A DNA stretch of 64,000 bases from Octopus sinensis (lineage: Eukaryota): contig NW_021833441.1 of the NCBI RefSeq assembly GCF_006345805.1, positions 1-64,000 on the forward strand. The letters are read 5' to 3'. This document shows positions 37,027 to 50,489 of the stretch, in pieces (position 1 is the first letter of the stretch; the number at the start of each line of letters is the position of its first letter). A program made the translations under genes and the position numbers. The notes under the pieces were generated by a model that worked only from the letters and a program-made list of their open reading frames with translations, searched no databases and was not told the origin of the DNA.

Positions 37027-38491
37027 CTATGGAGGGAGGAGAGGAAATAAAAGCTGCGGGGCCTGGTAAATTGCCGGGGTTTGAAATGTGATAAGATGCT
37101 ACTGGTTATGTAAAGGACAACCTAGAGACAAATTTTTAATCCAAACGTTACGAAAAATTTTTAAAAAGCGAACCTCTTAATTATTTGTTTTGCATGTATG
37201 TTATGTTTTTGTAATTCTATGTGTAAGATTGTATAATCATAATAAAGAAATTACGACGAATTCTACGGTTGGCTATCGAGCTTGTAATGTTATGTTTTTC
37301 TATTATATTTCTTGAGTTTGTTGCACTGATGAACATAGAAATGCATATTCTGCATTTAAATGCGAAATCACATGTAGTATGTAACTGAATTCTTTTTTAA
37401 AATGATGTGTTTTGAAGTTTTGCATTCGGTAAAATTTTGTTTATATTTAGTAGTTTTGACCGCATTGGTCCCCCTTAGCGTGTTGGTATCTACGAATAGT
37501 AGTACCCTCAATATAATATATATATATATATATATATATACACATGTATGTATATATGTATGTTTATATGTATTTATGTATATATGTATGTATGTATATA
37601 TATATATCTATATATATATACATGTATGTATGCATATATATATATATATACATGTATATATATATTTGTATGTATGAGTATAAGCGTATGTATGAGTATG
37701 TATGCGAAGGAGAAATTTTTTTTCAGGAATATTGTTTACTTTAATATTTGTGTCTTTGTGAAATAGATGTTGGTTGGATTATGTTCTTCATTATCTTTGT
37801 ATTAATGGCGGGGGAGGAGGATGGCGTTCCAGTGTCTTGTTTATTTTAACTCATAAAATTATGTGTAATTAAAATTACTTCATCAGTAAATGAAGGACTT
37901 AAAAATATCCTTCCTTCCCCCCATCCGCATCCACTCTAATACTCCAATATAAATATGTTTAATAGGTAATTCCAGCCTGAAGAATTCAATGTTATATAAT
38001 AATGATAAATCATTAAAGGCATCATTATGAAAACATATTCAAAATTTGGTTATTAATAACCAAATAGTAGAAGCCGATTGACAAGATGAGACATTTCAAA
38101 TAGATTTTTTATAATGAACTGCTGTCAAATGTAAATAAAGGAACTGTTAACACAGGACTGTTAACACAATGACTGCGAACGATCTGCTAATTAAAGTGCA
38201 ATTAGCAACATGGGTGATGGTTTAATTAGCAACACTCACTGGTAAAGAAAAACAGGGATTACCTCCCCTTGCCTTTCAACTCCATCCAAGCATGTTCCAT
38301 GCATTAAATACCTGCCAGTTGTTACTTGGGGGTTCGACACGATTGTTAGCGGATTGCTTAGAATGTATTGAAGTAGTCATTCTGGTATTCTGTGCCCTGA
38401 GTTCAAATCCCATCAACGTCAACTTTGCTTTTTCATTCTTTCAATACAACATCAGGTACTGAAAGGAATACATCATTATATTTTGCACTCT

Positions 38492-38541
<50 letters not shown>

Positions 38542-39517
38542 CTTTGAAAGATTTCCACTGTGGTTTAACAGAGAGAGGGGTTAGCTACATCATGTTTAAA
38601 ATACCCAAATATGAGTGTGAGGAAGGCATCCTTATGATTCTGACAACATATGATGACTGAAGACAGGGAATGGATATGAATAGACCCCCTCATCAATAGA
38701 TATACCCAATACTCAATCCTATTGAACAACCACAGTTATCTGTGGTAGTAGTAAGTACATCAGATAAAAATGCTATCTGATGCGTCTACTGAAAATCTAA
38801 GCAGGGTCCTGTCAAACTGTTCCTGTCTATTTATTTGCACAAGCTAATAATGAACCAATGAGAGATCGTGTATGTGGTGGTTAGGTCTGTTAGATGTAGC
38901 AGCCACATCTGCCTCGTATCTTAAAACAAGGACATGTGAACTCACATGGTTATATGGTCATTGCAAATAGGAAAAAGACAGGATGGTCACAGCTAGAATG
39001 CTTTTGATCTCAGGCCTTCGCAGTCAGGGTTGACCAAGGGCTAAACAGCACATGTTATTAGTAGTATTGTTGTTGTTATTGTTGTTAAGGTGACGGAAAT
39101 ATGAGCACATCAGGCAAAACGCTTAGTAGCATTTCTTCTGACTTTACATTCCAAATTCTGATTACCATGAAGCTGACATTGCCTTTCATCCTGTTAGGGT
39201 CAGTAAAATAGGTACCAGTTGAGTACTGGGGTTGATTAATGGACTATATATTCCACTTTACCAAAATTGTTTTTATCTTCATCACCATCATCATCATCAT
39301 TATGGCGGCAAGTTGGCAGAAACATTAGCACATTGGACAAAATGCTTAGCAGCATTTTATTCACCTTTATGTTCTGAGTTCAAATTCCACCAAGGTAGAC
39401 TTTGCCTTTAATCCTTTCAGGTGTCAATAAATTAACTATCAGTGAAACACTGGGGTCATTGTAATTGACTAATCATCCTTCCCCAAATTTCAGGCCTTCT
39501 GCCTTTAGTAGAAGTTA

Positions 39518-39549
<32 letters not shown>

Positions 39550-39552
<3 letters not shown>

Positions 39553-41379
39553 TAGTTTTATTTTTTTAGCGTGCTTTCACTTCACTACCGAGCGCAGCTC
39601 TGTGTGCCTTGGGTATGTGCTGTGATTTGTTGTGATGCTCTGATGGTTATTGTATGGAAAGTGTTCTGCGTAGGATGTGTGCAGTGCCTAGTAGTGCAAT
39701 TTTCTGTATGTTATATGTGTTTGTAAGTCCTGGTGTTTTTGTTATGTATTTGTCTGAATATTTTTTTATCATGCCTAATGCACCTACTATGATAGGAATT
39801 GTTTCTGTTTTCAGGTTCCACATTCTAGTTACCTCTATTTCCAGGTCTTTGTATTTTGAGAGTTTCTCCATTTCTTTTAGAGACACGTTGTCATCTGCCG
39901 GTATTGATACATCAATTAGAAAGCATTTTTTTTCTTCATGATCTCTGACAACTATATCTGGTCTGTTGGCCTTAATTTCTCTATCTGTGTGTATCGGCAT
40001 ATCCCAGAGTATGGTTGCTTTCTCGTTTTCTGTGACCTTTTCTGGTGTGTGCCTATACCATCTTTTTTCTGTTGTTATTCCATAATGTTGGCATAGCTTC
40101 CAATGTATGTAGGTTCCAACTCTGTCATGTCTGTGAATATATTCCTTCTTAGCCAGGACTGGGCAGCTAGAGATAATATGATTTATTGTTTCTTGTCCAT
40201 CTCCACATATTCTGCAGTTACTTGTAATATTTCTTTTCATTACATGTTTTTGGTAATTTCTGGTGGGGAGGCTTTGGTCTTGTGCTGCAATTAAAAATCC
40301 CTCTGTTTCTGCTTTGAGTCCTGAGCTTCTCAACCATTGCTGGGATTTTTCTTTGTCTATTTCTTTTGCGTTTAGTTTAGTGCAGTATTTACCATGAAGG
40401 GGTTTTTCTTGCCATCGTTTTATCATGGCTCGTTGCTGTTCTATTTTTAGTTTGGATTTCATTTGTTTTATAGCTTTTGTTGTTTCTTCATCATCTTCTT
40501 CTTCTTCTTTGTGTTTATTAGGTGGTATGATTTCTTGTTTGTATTTGTCAGCTTCCTTAAATACTGAGAACAGTTTGTTGTTTTGCTCGTGTTTTGCTGC
40601 TATCTGGATCAGTTTTCCTTCCTTCTGAAGTAGGCATTTTTGCAGTCCTATGGTGGTTATTTTATAGTAGTTTTCCAGCTGTATAAGGCCTCTACCACTT
40701 TCTATACGTTGTATATATAGTCTTTCTATGTCAGATTTTGGGTGATGCATCCTAGATCCTGTCAGTATTTTTCTTGTTTTCCTATCTATTTTGGACAGTT
40801 CATTTCGTGTCCAGTTAAGGATATTGTAGCTGTAACTTATAACTGGGACAGCTAAAGTGTTGATACCTATTATCTTGTTTTTAGCATTGAGCTCTGTTTT
40901 TAGTATTGATCTAACTCGTCTATAATATTCTTTTTTTATTTTCTCTTTCATTTGTGTGTGTGTGTCTTATCTAGTTCATGGATTCCTAAGTATTTGTAAG
41001 TTTGGCTTTGGTCTAATTCTTTTATTTCATTGGTTTTATCTAGTGTGATGTTGTTACTCTTAACTAGTTTTCCTCTTTTCATGGTTACTTTGGCGCATTT
41101 TTCTAATCCAAATTTCATATCTATTTCTTTGGTAAATCCATGAACTGTCTTTAATAGTGTTTCCAGCTGTTTGTCATTTGCAGCGTATAGTTTTAGGTCA
41201 TCCATATATAAAAGGTGGCTGATCGTTTTGCCGTAACATTTATATCCGCATCCAGTTCTATTTAGCATATCAGATAGAGGTGACAGTGCCAAGCAGAAAA
41301 GGAGTGGAGAGAGCGTGTCTCCCTGGAATATTCCTCTTCTAATGGGGATGTCTTTGGTTTTCATGAGTCCCTCTTTTGT

Positions 41380-41380
<1 letters not shown>
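39550..41380 (-). mobile_element. 5'-truncated R4/Dong-type non-LTR retrotransposon (RT, CCHC, restriction-like endonuclease)
   Basis: RT motifs QGDTLSPLLF and YMDDLKLY; CRICGDGQETINHIISSC; RLE motifs RPDIV, LIDVSIP, EKLSKY. Flanked on both sides by (TAA)n. Frameshift at a (CA)n tract near 40955. Confidence 0.85.
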
Positions 41381-41426
<46 letters not shown>

Positions 41427-41431
41427 CATCA

Positions 41432-41467
<36 letters not shown>

Positions 41468-41468
<1 letters not shown>

Positions 41469-43030
41469 TTTTTTTTTCCTTCTTTCAAATTTGCTTCCAT
41501 TTCTTGCCGAGTGTCTTCCCGACTCCTAGGGCAAAGAAACTCATAGTATACATTGGTAGGCCATTAAACCAAACTCAGTAGTTCGTTCATTTTTTTTTTT
41601 TAAGTTAAATTAAAATACATGAGCAGCAACAGTTCTCACATCGACAATGCTCTTCTCAATACGTGTGATGTACCAGTTAAGACAATCTTTTGCACTTCTT
41701 GCAGGGATGGTAAACCAGGGATCATTCTCATATAATTTTCGGTTCCCTTCTTGATCATTCCTAGTGCTCCTACGATCACTGGTATTGTGACCGCCTTGAG
41801 ATGCCACATTTTCTCAATTTCAATGAGTAGGTCTTTATATTTTCTGAGCTTGTCAAACTCTTTCGCTGAGATATTATGATCACAGGGGATGCTCATGTCG
41901 ATCAATAAGCAAACTTTATTGTTTTGGTTTTTCACAACAATATCTGGTTTATTGGCCTTGATGGTTCGGTCTGTATGTACTGGAAAGTCCCACAGAATGG
42001 TTACATTTTCTCCTTCAGTTACAGCCTCAGGGTGGTGATTATACCACTTGTCAGCAGTTTTGATATTGTAATGCCGACTTATTAGCCAGTGGAGATATTG
42101 GCCAACTCTGTCATGTCTTAATTTATACTCCACTGGTGCTAAGACTTTACATCCAGAGATTAGGTGGTCCACTGTTTCAATCATGTCGTTGCAGAATCGG
42201 CATTTTGGGTCTGCTCCATTTTTCATCACATTGGCCTGGTAGTTCCGGGTTAATAGGCTTTGATCTTGAGCAGCCAGGATGAAACCTTCGCTCTCTGCTT
42301 TAGCCCTGAGCTCCGTAGCCACTGATGGGTTTGCTTCTGGTCAACATCAGCTTGTTTGCTGCGGGCCACATATTTGCCGTGCAGGTTTCTCCTCCCCCCA
42401 CCTATCAGCCATTGCTCGTGCGCTTTTTTCGTTGCCATTATTTTACCTTCTTTGCAACAATAGCTGCCGTACTTTCCCTCGGGTTGTTCAGTTTGGGTAT
42501 CCTGCACGAGATCAATGCAAATTTTTTGCTTTCCTCCTTGATAGAATGAAGCTTCTTTCGTCTCTCGTGATTTTCCACGAGCTTTAGCATCCAGTCATTC
42601 GATATTTCGAGATATTTGGCCAGTCCAATTGTGGTTGTTTTGCAAGCTAGTTCAAATTGGATCAGGCCTCGACCTCCTTGGCTCTGGGAAGGTAAAGGCG
42701 ATCTACGTCTGCCTTTGGGTGGTGCATCCTATTACAACTCAGCAGCTTGCGTATTTTCCTATCTATATTCTTTACTTCACTCATATTCCAGTTCAACACA
42801 TTGTAGCTATAAGTAACAACTGGAACTGCTAAGGAATTTATAGCTAACACCTTGTTACGTGCATTTAGTTCAGATTTCAGGACTGCACGAACTCTCCTAT
42901 AACATTCCTTCCTGATTTTCTCTTTCATGCTTGCATGCTGAATACCAGAGCCTTCATTTATCCCTAAATATTTGTATGTTTGCTCTTGCTCAGGCTCTCT
43001 TATGACTGTGTCAACATCTAACACGACTGA
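41468..43030 (-). mobile_element. Second, more decayed R4/Dong-type element of a different subfamily
   Basis: Fragments 42662-43024, 42250-42507 and 41636-42322, with CRFCNDMIETVDHLISGC, KPDIV, LIDMSIP and KLRKY. Flanked by (TAA)n. Confidence 0.85.
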
Positions 43031-43125
<95 letters not shown>

Positions 43126-43190
43126 CATTATTATCATCATCATCATTATTATTATTATCATTATTATTATTATTATTATTATTAATATTA

Positions 43191-43234
<44 letters not shown>

Positions 43235-43280
43235 ATTATCATTGTTATTATTATTATTATTATTATTAATATTATCATTG

Positions 43281-43317
<37 letters not shown>

Positions 43318-43330
43318 CATTATTCTTATT

Positions 43331-43361
<31 letters not shown>

Positions 43362-43421
43362 ATATTATCATTATTATTATCATTATTATTATTATTATTA
43401 TCATTATTATTATTATTATTA

Positions 43422-43458
<37 letters not shown>

Positions 43459-43505
43459 CATTGTTATTATTATTATTATCATCATTATTATTATTATCAT
43501 TATTA

Positions 43506-43548
<43 letters not shown>

Positions 43549-43729
43549 TATTATTATTATTATCATCATCATTATTATTATTACTCTTATTATTATTATA
43601 TCATTATTATTATTATTATCATTATTATTATTATTATTATTATTATCATCATCATCATTATTATTATTATTATCATCATTATTATTATTATCATCATCAT
43701 CATCATCATATTATTATTATTATCATCAT

Positions 43730-43761
<32 letters not shown>

Positions 43762-43830
43762 TTAATATTATTTTTATTATTATTATTATTATCATCATCA
43801 TCATCATAATCATCATTATCATCATCATCA
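43030..43830. repeat. (TTA/TCA)n trinucleotide tract of ~800 bp
   Basis: Direct reading. Confidence 0.95.
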
Positions 43831-45250
43831 TTCCAGTCATCACCGTTACTATAACTATTATTAGTTTTGCCCATTTAAAAATGGTTTTAGTTTATCAATA
43901 AATTTTTTCTCTCTAACGTTTCTCTCGCCTTGTCTTGAGTTGTGTAGACCACAAGTTGCCAGTGGTCGGTTAAAGGGATCATCTGGCCGACATCAGGATC
44001 TCTTATTTACTGTTGGAGCACACGTGACCGTTCCACTAGTGCATTCCAAGTCTGGCCAACGTATATCTCTTCAGAATTCTGGCATTTGATGCAATAAATT
44101 AAATTTCTGCTTTTGCAGTTCATATTTACATTTGCAAATATTCTTCCGTTTATTTTTTGTTCCAATATTGACCGATATGTATGAACTGACATGTCCCACA
44201 TCGATTATCATTGTACTTAGACACAATGAATGATTCGTATTGTTGCTAAGATCACACTTTGCCTTTATTAAATGTTTCAAGTCTTTCGACTGTCTTTTAC
44301 TTAGAGCCATTACTCCATCCGTGATTATATCTTCTAATTCATTACTTTGAATAATGATCGGCAAGTTTGATTTGCAATGCTTAAGGTATTCCGGTAACAT
44401 GGGTTGTGTGCCACTATAACTGGTATGATCTGTTCTCGTTTTCCTCATCCTCGGGTGGCCCTAAGTTCTTGTATGGGTATTTCTATATCAAGCTGTACAC
44501 CATTTTCTATGAGTAGAGAGGGATATTTTTGCTTGGGTAGAGATTCTTTTAGTTTTGTTAGGCTTTTGTCTCTGATTCTCACATCCTCCACAAACGTACA
44601 CATTTTCTCGGCTAGGTTGTATGGGATATTGCGTTTTGTATATGTTGGATAGTAAAATTTGAAGTTCAGGTATTGAACTTTAAAGGTTATTTTATCTGTT
44701 TTGGTGACACAATTCGTGACACCAAAATATCTTTAGAATTGCCAAAGCAAACTTGACGATCGTTGTTCAAAGTAATGAATTGAAGAATAATATATATATT
44801 GATTTAGCTTCCAGACATTCTTTTCCGGACACAGTGTTTGTTATCATGAGACCCCTTATTGCACACAAACGTAGTAATTATGCTCGCTTCTCTTTTGGTT
44901 TGCTAAAGCTTTATCTTTCTATAGCATTTGGTCAGTTCTTGCTTCAGCCTGCTTCTTCATTGAAGCGGAGGTCTCCAATGATTACGTTGAAGCAATTCCA
45001 TAGTAACAAGTTTCTTTTTGTTTATAGGTGATCAAAGTATTCATGTGATTCTTCAAAACTGTATCTGGAATCTGGGACATAAATTTAGAAGATGGTTAAC
45101 ATTCCCTGTGGCATCGAGAGAAACACTCATTAGTCTCTCTTAATAAGAGACGTAGGAATTTATATATTTTGCGAATGTTTTTCTTCCATTAAAGCTACTC
45201 CCTGTCATGTAATGTTATCTCTTCTGCATAAATAAATGATAACATACTTA
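43831..45250 (-). mobile_element. Decayed Penelope-like element (GIY-YIG endonuclease plus RT remnant)
   Basis: CKSRNLIYCIKC..IYVGQT at 44007-44201 fits the GIY-YIG domain of PLEs. KRNIPYNLA (thumb-like region) is near 44630. Many stops; the 5' boundary is approximate. Confidence 0.7.
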
Positions 45251-45599
45251 ACCATTTTAAACGCGATACCTTGCAGATAAGGAAGGACATTTCAAACCCA
45301 GTAAAGCTGTAGAGATAGCAGAGAAAGACTGGGTACCCTTATGAGATGGAAAAAAGTTGCACTCGAACCCGTATCCCTCAGACATCGACAGAATTGGCGA
45401 CAGGCAATTTGAATCCTGATAACTTCACACACGGTATTTTGACTCCGGTAATTTGACTACCAGTCAATTTCACTCCCGATATTAGAAAAAATAAAACGTT
45501 GAATAAGGATGAAATAAAAAGTCGAGTAAAACCTAAAATTATTACTAAAAGTTTCAATAAAAATGAAGGTTAGGGGCTATTGCTCATATAAAATCCATC

Positions 45600-46720
45600 T
45601 TATTTTCGGGACTATGTCGCTCAATACTTATCCGTTTGCTTATATCCTTTCTTTTATTTTTGTTTGGTCTCGCAGATCCCACCTCCATCGAATTCAACCT
45701 TTCTCAGCTGTGCCAAGTGTTCTTCCCTTCTCAATGCAGTAATTATCTCCATATATTCGGATGTGAACAAATTAAGGAAATTTGTAGGGCGTTGTGAAAT
45801 CCCTCTAAAAGGTTATTAGTGCGAGGCATATCCGATTCTGTTTTAAAGCGGACATTCCAACTACCAATAGGAAACTAGGGAGAAGTCCTTTGTAGTCTGA
45901 TTCCTTTACTTTGCACTCTTCTTAGGTACGATAATCCAAAGTAGGTCACAAGTTCTAGCAGGAGGATCATCGTCATCTACAAGATGTTCGACAATGGGAA
46001 ACTAGGGAGAAGTCCTTCGTGGTCTCATTCCTTTACTTCACACTTATCATAGGTACGATAATCTAAAGTAGGTCACAAGTTCTTGCGGAAGATCATCGTC
46101 ATCTACAAGATGTTCGACTCCGTCAATCTCATCATCGAGACGAAGAATTAGCAATGCTTAAAAACCTCTGATTTTAATGCTAAACTCATTATAATGATGG
46201 TATCTGTCCTTCAAGCCAAATTCACATGTTTTCTGTATATATTTTGTGATAGATGAAAAAGACAGCATGAGATAGAAGTAGTAGGAAACAGATACAATGC
46301 TATTAATAAGAGCTTTTTCAAAATCCCTCATAAAATCTTCAGGGCTCAGTCTTTGGAGTAATTCATTTAGCTTATAAAAAAGGCGGCTGTAAGTTTATTT
46401 TTGGTGGGGGTAATGCAAACAACTGCGGAACACTGAATAACCCCACCTGAATATGATGCATGGATTTTGAAGCACATGAACAATGAGGATCTTCACCAAT
46501 GTGCTGAATTATGGTATGATCTTCATCATGTATCCTAATGTGGCACTCGAGCGTTACAGGACATAATTTCGAATTTCCTGTAAGTCTTAGATTCATCAGC
46601 GTTTTGTTTCTGTGCTTCATAATATGTAATTCATGTCATCCACAAGTCTCTTCCTTCCGCGGATACTGTCAAAAACGTGAGGTATGGTGTAAGTATATTT
46701 CCTTTATAAGTAACTTTTAT
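45600..46720 (-). mobile_element. Decayed MULE (Mutator-like) transposase remnant
   Basis: Manual translation gives ELVTYF..FPI.SWNV..MPRTNNLLEGFHNAL..CSHPNIWRLI.ALRREE at about 45690-45900, and an N-terminal C..H..H zinc-finger-like fragment near 46500-46560. Confidence 0.55.
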
Positions 46721-49700
46721 ATCCTTGTATGTTTGATAAATAATTTAACGAAGTATTTACACGAACGCACGAGGCTTCTGTTATACGAGGTTACACGGCT
46801 CACAGCGAACTGCTGATAACTCGACAGTTCTTTATTCATAGCAAATGTTTGTGACAATTCACTTTTAATCATATGGGAGTTGTCGGAATCCTTCCACAAC
46901 AGTAACGAATGAGGCAAGGATGGATCACGGATAAACCTGTAAACTCTTTAAATTAAACATCCGAATGGATAACTGAAAAGGTACTTTCAGTTAACTGAAT
47001 TACTCTGTAAATAAATCAATCGAATAGGTGACTGAAATGATATTTTCAGTTTACCGAATTACCTTGTACATCATCATCATCATCATCATCATCATCATTC
47101 CAGTCATCACCGTTACTATAACTATTATTAGTTTTGCCAATTTAAAAATGGTTTCAGTTTATCAATAAATTTTTTCTCTCTAACGTTTCTCTCGCCTTGT
47201 CTTGAGTTGTGTAGACCACAAGTTGCCAGTGGTCGGTTAAAGGGATCATCTGGCCGACATCAGGATCTCATCATCATCATCATCATCATCAACAACAACA
47301 ACAATAACAATAATAACAACAATAACAACAACAATAACAATAACAACAAAACAATAACAATAACAATAATAATAATCTGTAGAGCACTTAAAAGGTGCAA
47401 ACCTCCGCCGAGACAATACCAACGATGAGCCTGAGATGATTTTTAGAATGAGAATATCTGAAATAAACTCGACTGCTCTCACAAACGAGAATACTAAAAG
47501 TGAACTCGACCGCTCTCAAAAATTAGATGGAGTAAGCAAATTAATGCTGAAAACGGCAGAATCCGCATACTTCGCCTCGATGAATGACTCTCACCTCTCT
47601 GACTCGTAAATAATTTATGGCACCAATTTATGAAAAGAAATGAGGTTCCAGAAATATATAACGCGTAACGTTATTAGACCTTCGATCCAGCGCCGGCGCA
47701 ACACTCAGCTGATCACAACACAGGGTTCAATAAATGTCCAATAATTTTATGATAGTTATTTTAACCAATCTCAACGGAGTAGCGTGGTGAGCTTTCAGAA
47801 ACTAACTTAATGTTTCCAAATATACAATAATAGAAATTGGTCTCGCTACACATCTATCACGTCCATATGTTCAGAATATTGCTATTGGTCAGAATTTTAC
47901 TATTCGTCTAGGCATTATAGCGGAATATGCAAGGGAACAGCACTTCCCTTCTTGGAGCCCATAGCCAAGATGTGGATGTAACTAATCCAGAATTTGATTC
48001 TTCGATAAACCTTGTGCTAACCATTACGGTTTATAATCTACAAGTTCCATTTATATGTTGTGTTTGTATAGGATTCAACATCTTCGTGCAGTCACGTATT
48101 AAAGCTTGCTTGTCAGCCTGGACGTATTACAAATTGTCTGTTGTATGTCATATTTTCACAAGATTGTAAGTACTGCAACTACGTGTGACAAGCACCCAAT
48201 ATAGGTTAAGTGTTGTATATTGAGGTAAGGCACAGATGTGTAGATGTCTGTAGATGGGTTTTTGAACGTTGTGATCCTGCAGAGTTAGATTCATAATGAG
48301 ATTGTTCGTCATAGTGCTTGTAGTATATTGGGGGCTCATCGTTGTAGAACCTATGGAATTTGTGGGCAACGGTATGGAGGAGGGGCCATATCAGGACCGA
48401 AAGGCAGAGAGAAACAGATCAAGGAGAAGTAAGTTATGGGGTGAAAAATAATGAAGAATGATTATGTTTGTGCTTTACAATGAAGAGAGAAAATATGTTA
48501 AACGTAACAGCGGAGATGAAAAACAATTATAAAAATGTTGAACGTCTTTGCTGGATTAATTCTCCACGCGCAGGGAAGCAACATGTGATATGAGAGAGAG
48601 AGAAGCATGGACTGATGAGGAAAGTGTATGGGAGAGGCAAAGCTATAAGAGAGAGGAGAGAGAGAGAGAGAAGTAGCAAAAGAGACAGAGAGTGAGTGAA
48701 GGAGAAATGTCATGGAGACAGATGTGTTTTCTTCACTGAAAGGAGAATAGAGAAAATATGTGTTCACAGATAATAACGAAGTGAGGAAATATATATTTTA
48801 AAACTTTTTCCTTTATTTCAGTCATGAGACTGCAGCCATGCTGGAGGAGGTGGAGGGCCCCTGGAATAAGTTTTAGTCGAACGAATTGACCCTAGCACTT
48901 TTTTCTCAGTATGGTAGAAATTGCCCAAAGTGCCATGTCACACGTTGAGACCAAAAAAAAAAAACGGAATTATGTGGTTGGGAAGCAAACCTAATATTGA
49001 TGGTCTCAGACGGAATATGGGGAAAATGGGCTATGAAAATGAATAGCATTATATACAGATTAATTACACAACGCAAAGGAAATAATCACACTGAATGGTT
49101 CTTATGTTGAACATGTCAAAGAGAGCTGTGTAGTACCCGTCGCACTAGACACACAGGTTAGAAAAGACAGGTCACGCTAGCATGTATAGCATTTGAGAGA
49201 TTTAAGAAACAGGATCTGGAGCTTGTAGGACATCAGCCAGGGTTGCATTGATAGGTTGCACATTTTTGTTTCTCTAATCAGGGTCTAGAAACACATAAGT
49301 AAGAGGTTATTAAAATGTGTTTAAAACTAAAGAGATATTATAATGAGAGTGGCGTAATTTGTATAAGAAACGTTATTTACATGACATAAACCAGAACTGA
49401 AGTAGTCAGATGGAAGAGAGTGAAATGGTGCGACCATCTAATTAGGAGGAAACTAAAAAATAATTCCTTAGTTCAGTCGATGTATCAAGACATCTAAAAC
49501 CACAGGTCATGTAATAAGCAGTAGAAATGACAGAGCTGTTATGATACACGGCTACATACCTTTTAACAGCAACAAGCAGAGTATAAAAGAAGGGCGTAGC
49601 GGTGTTCCGGCTGGCAAGAGAGCCACCAATGATCCGGAAAACAGAAGAGGCTAAAAAGCACACACATATATACATACACACACACGCACACAGAAATAGA

Positions 49701-50489
49701 CACATGGACTATTGGTTCGGTGCGTTCTGTCCACGAGAAAAACATTTCCAATGCAGTCATCTGAGAAGAAATACCAGCAACAACCAGGGGTTAAACTTGC
49801 AACAGACTGGCATCTCTTTTAGTGGGGTGTCTTCTATCCCCGGGTGTTGGAATATGTTGGATACCGAGAGAGACTGCGGCCTAATGGGCCTAAATATCAT
49901 GTAGAGAATATAACTAAGAAACTACTTCATTGAAGACATTGAGGCGTGCGCAGTCTCGTGTTAGTGTAACATTGATGGAGTGAAAGTAGACATGAACGTG
50001 TAGAAGACAAATCTACGTCCAGTGCTTTGATTGGAATGTAGCTGTTTGTGAAATGTTGATTACTTGAACAATGACAGTTGAATGACCTGATAATACTAAT
50101 TAGATAAATGATCGTAAATCTAATCAACATGATACATTTTGCAAGTTTTAACATTTTAGTGGAATGTTTAAAATAACAAATGGAATCAATGCCTCTTCCG
50201 GTGGTATTTGATCTTAGTCTGCGGTATTTCATCTAGAAAACGAACGGTAGCAACAGATCAGATTTAATTCTTTATTTAACAATTTTAAAGCTTACATTGA
50301 TTACATTAAATTGGCAAGAAGATAGAATATCAATATAATTTCAAATCATGCAATATTTTCTGTTTCAAGCCATAGTGAGGCCCTGAAACTTGTTTAAATT
50401 ACATTATGGTGGATTATACAGTCTCATGCATGCACAGTGTTGTATTGAAACGTACAATTATAGTGTCGTTACAAGGAAAGAATATTTTA

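Larger units (their letters stand above)
31998..37251 (+). mobile_element. Tx1-like copy D, full length, with a 17-bp TSD
   Basis: TACGACGAATTCTACGG occurs at 31981-31997 and at 37252-37268. Confidence 0.95.

Noticed and set aside
42972-43901. Poly-Leu/Ile/Tyr ORFs
   Set aside because: Trinucleotide-repeat artefact.
46540-46602. CTGATGA..GAAA on the minus strand as a hammerhead
   Set aside because: The stem II closing pair does not form, and the motif lies inside the MULE coding remnant.
48148-48420. Possible downstream C-tail exon of the GPCR
   Set aside because: Only short open frames, with no convincing acceptor site or homology.
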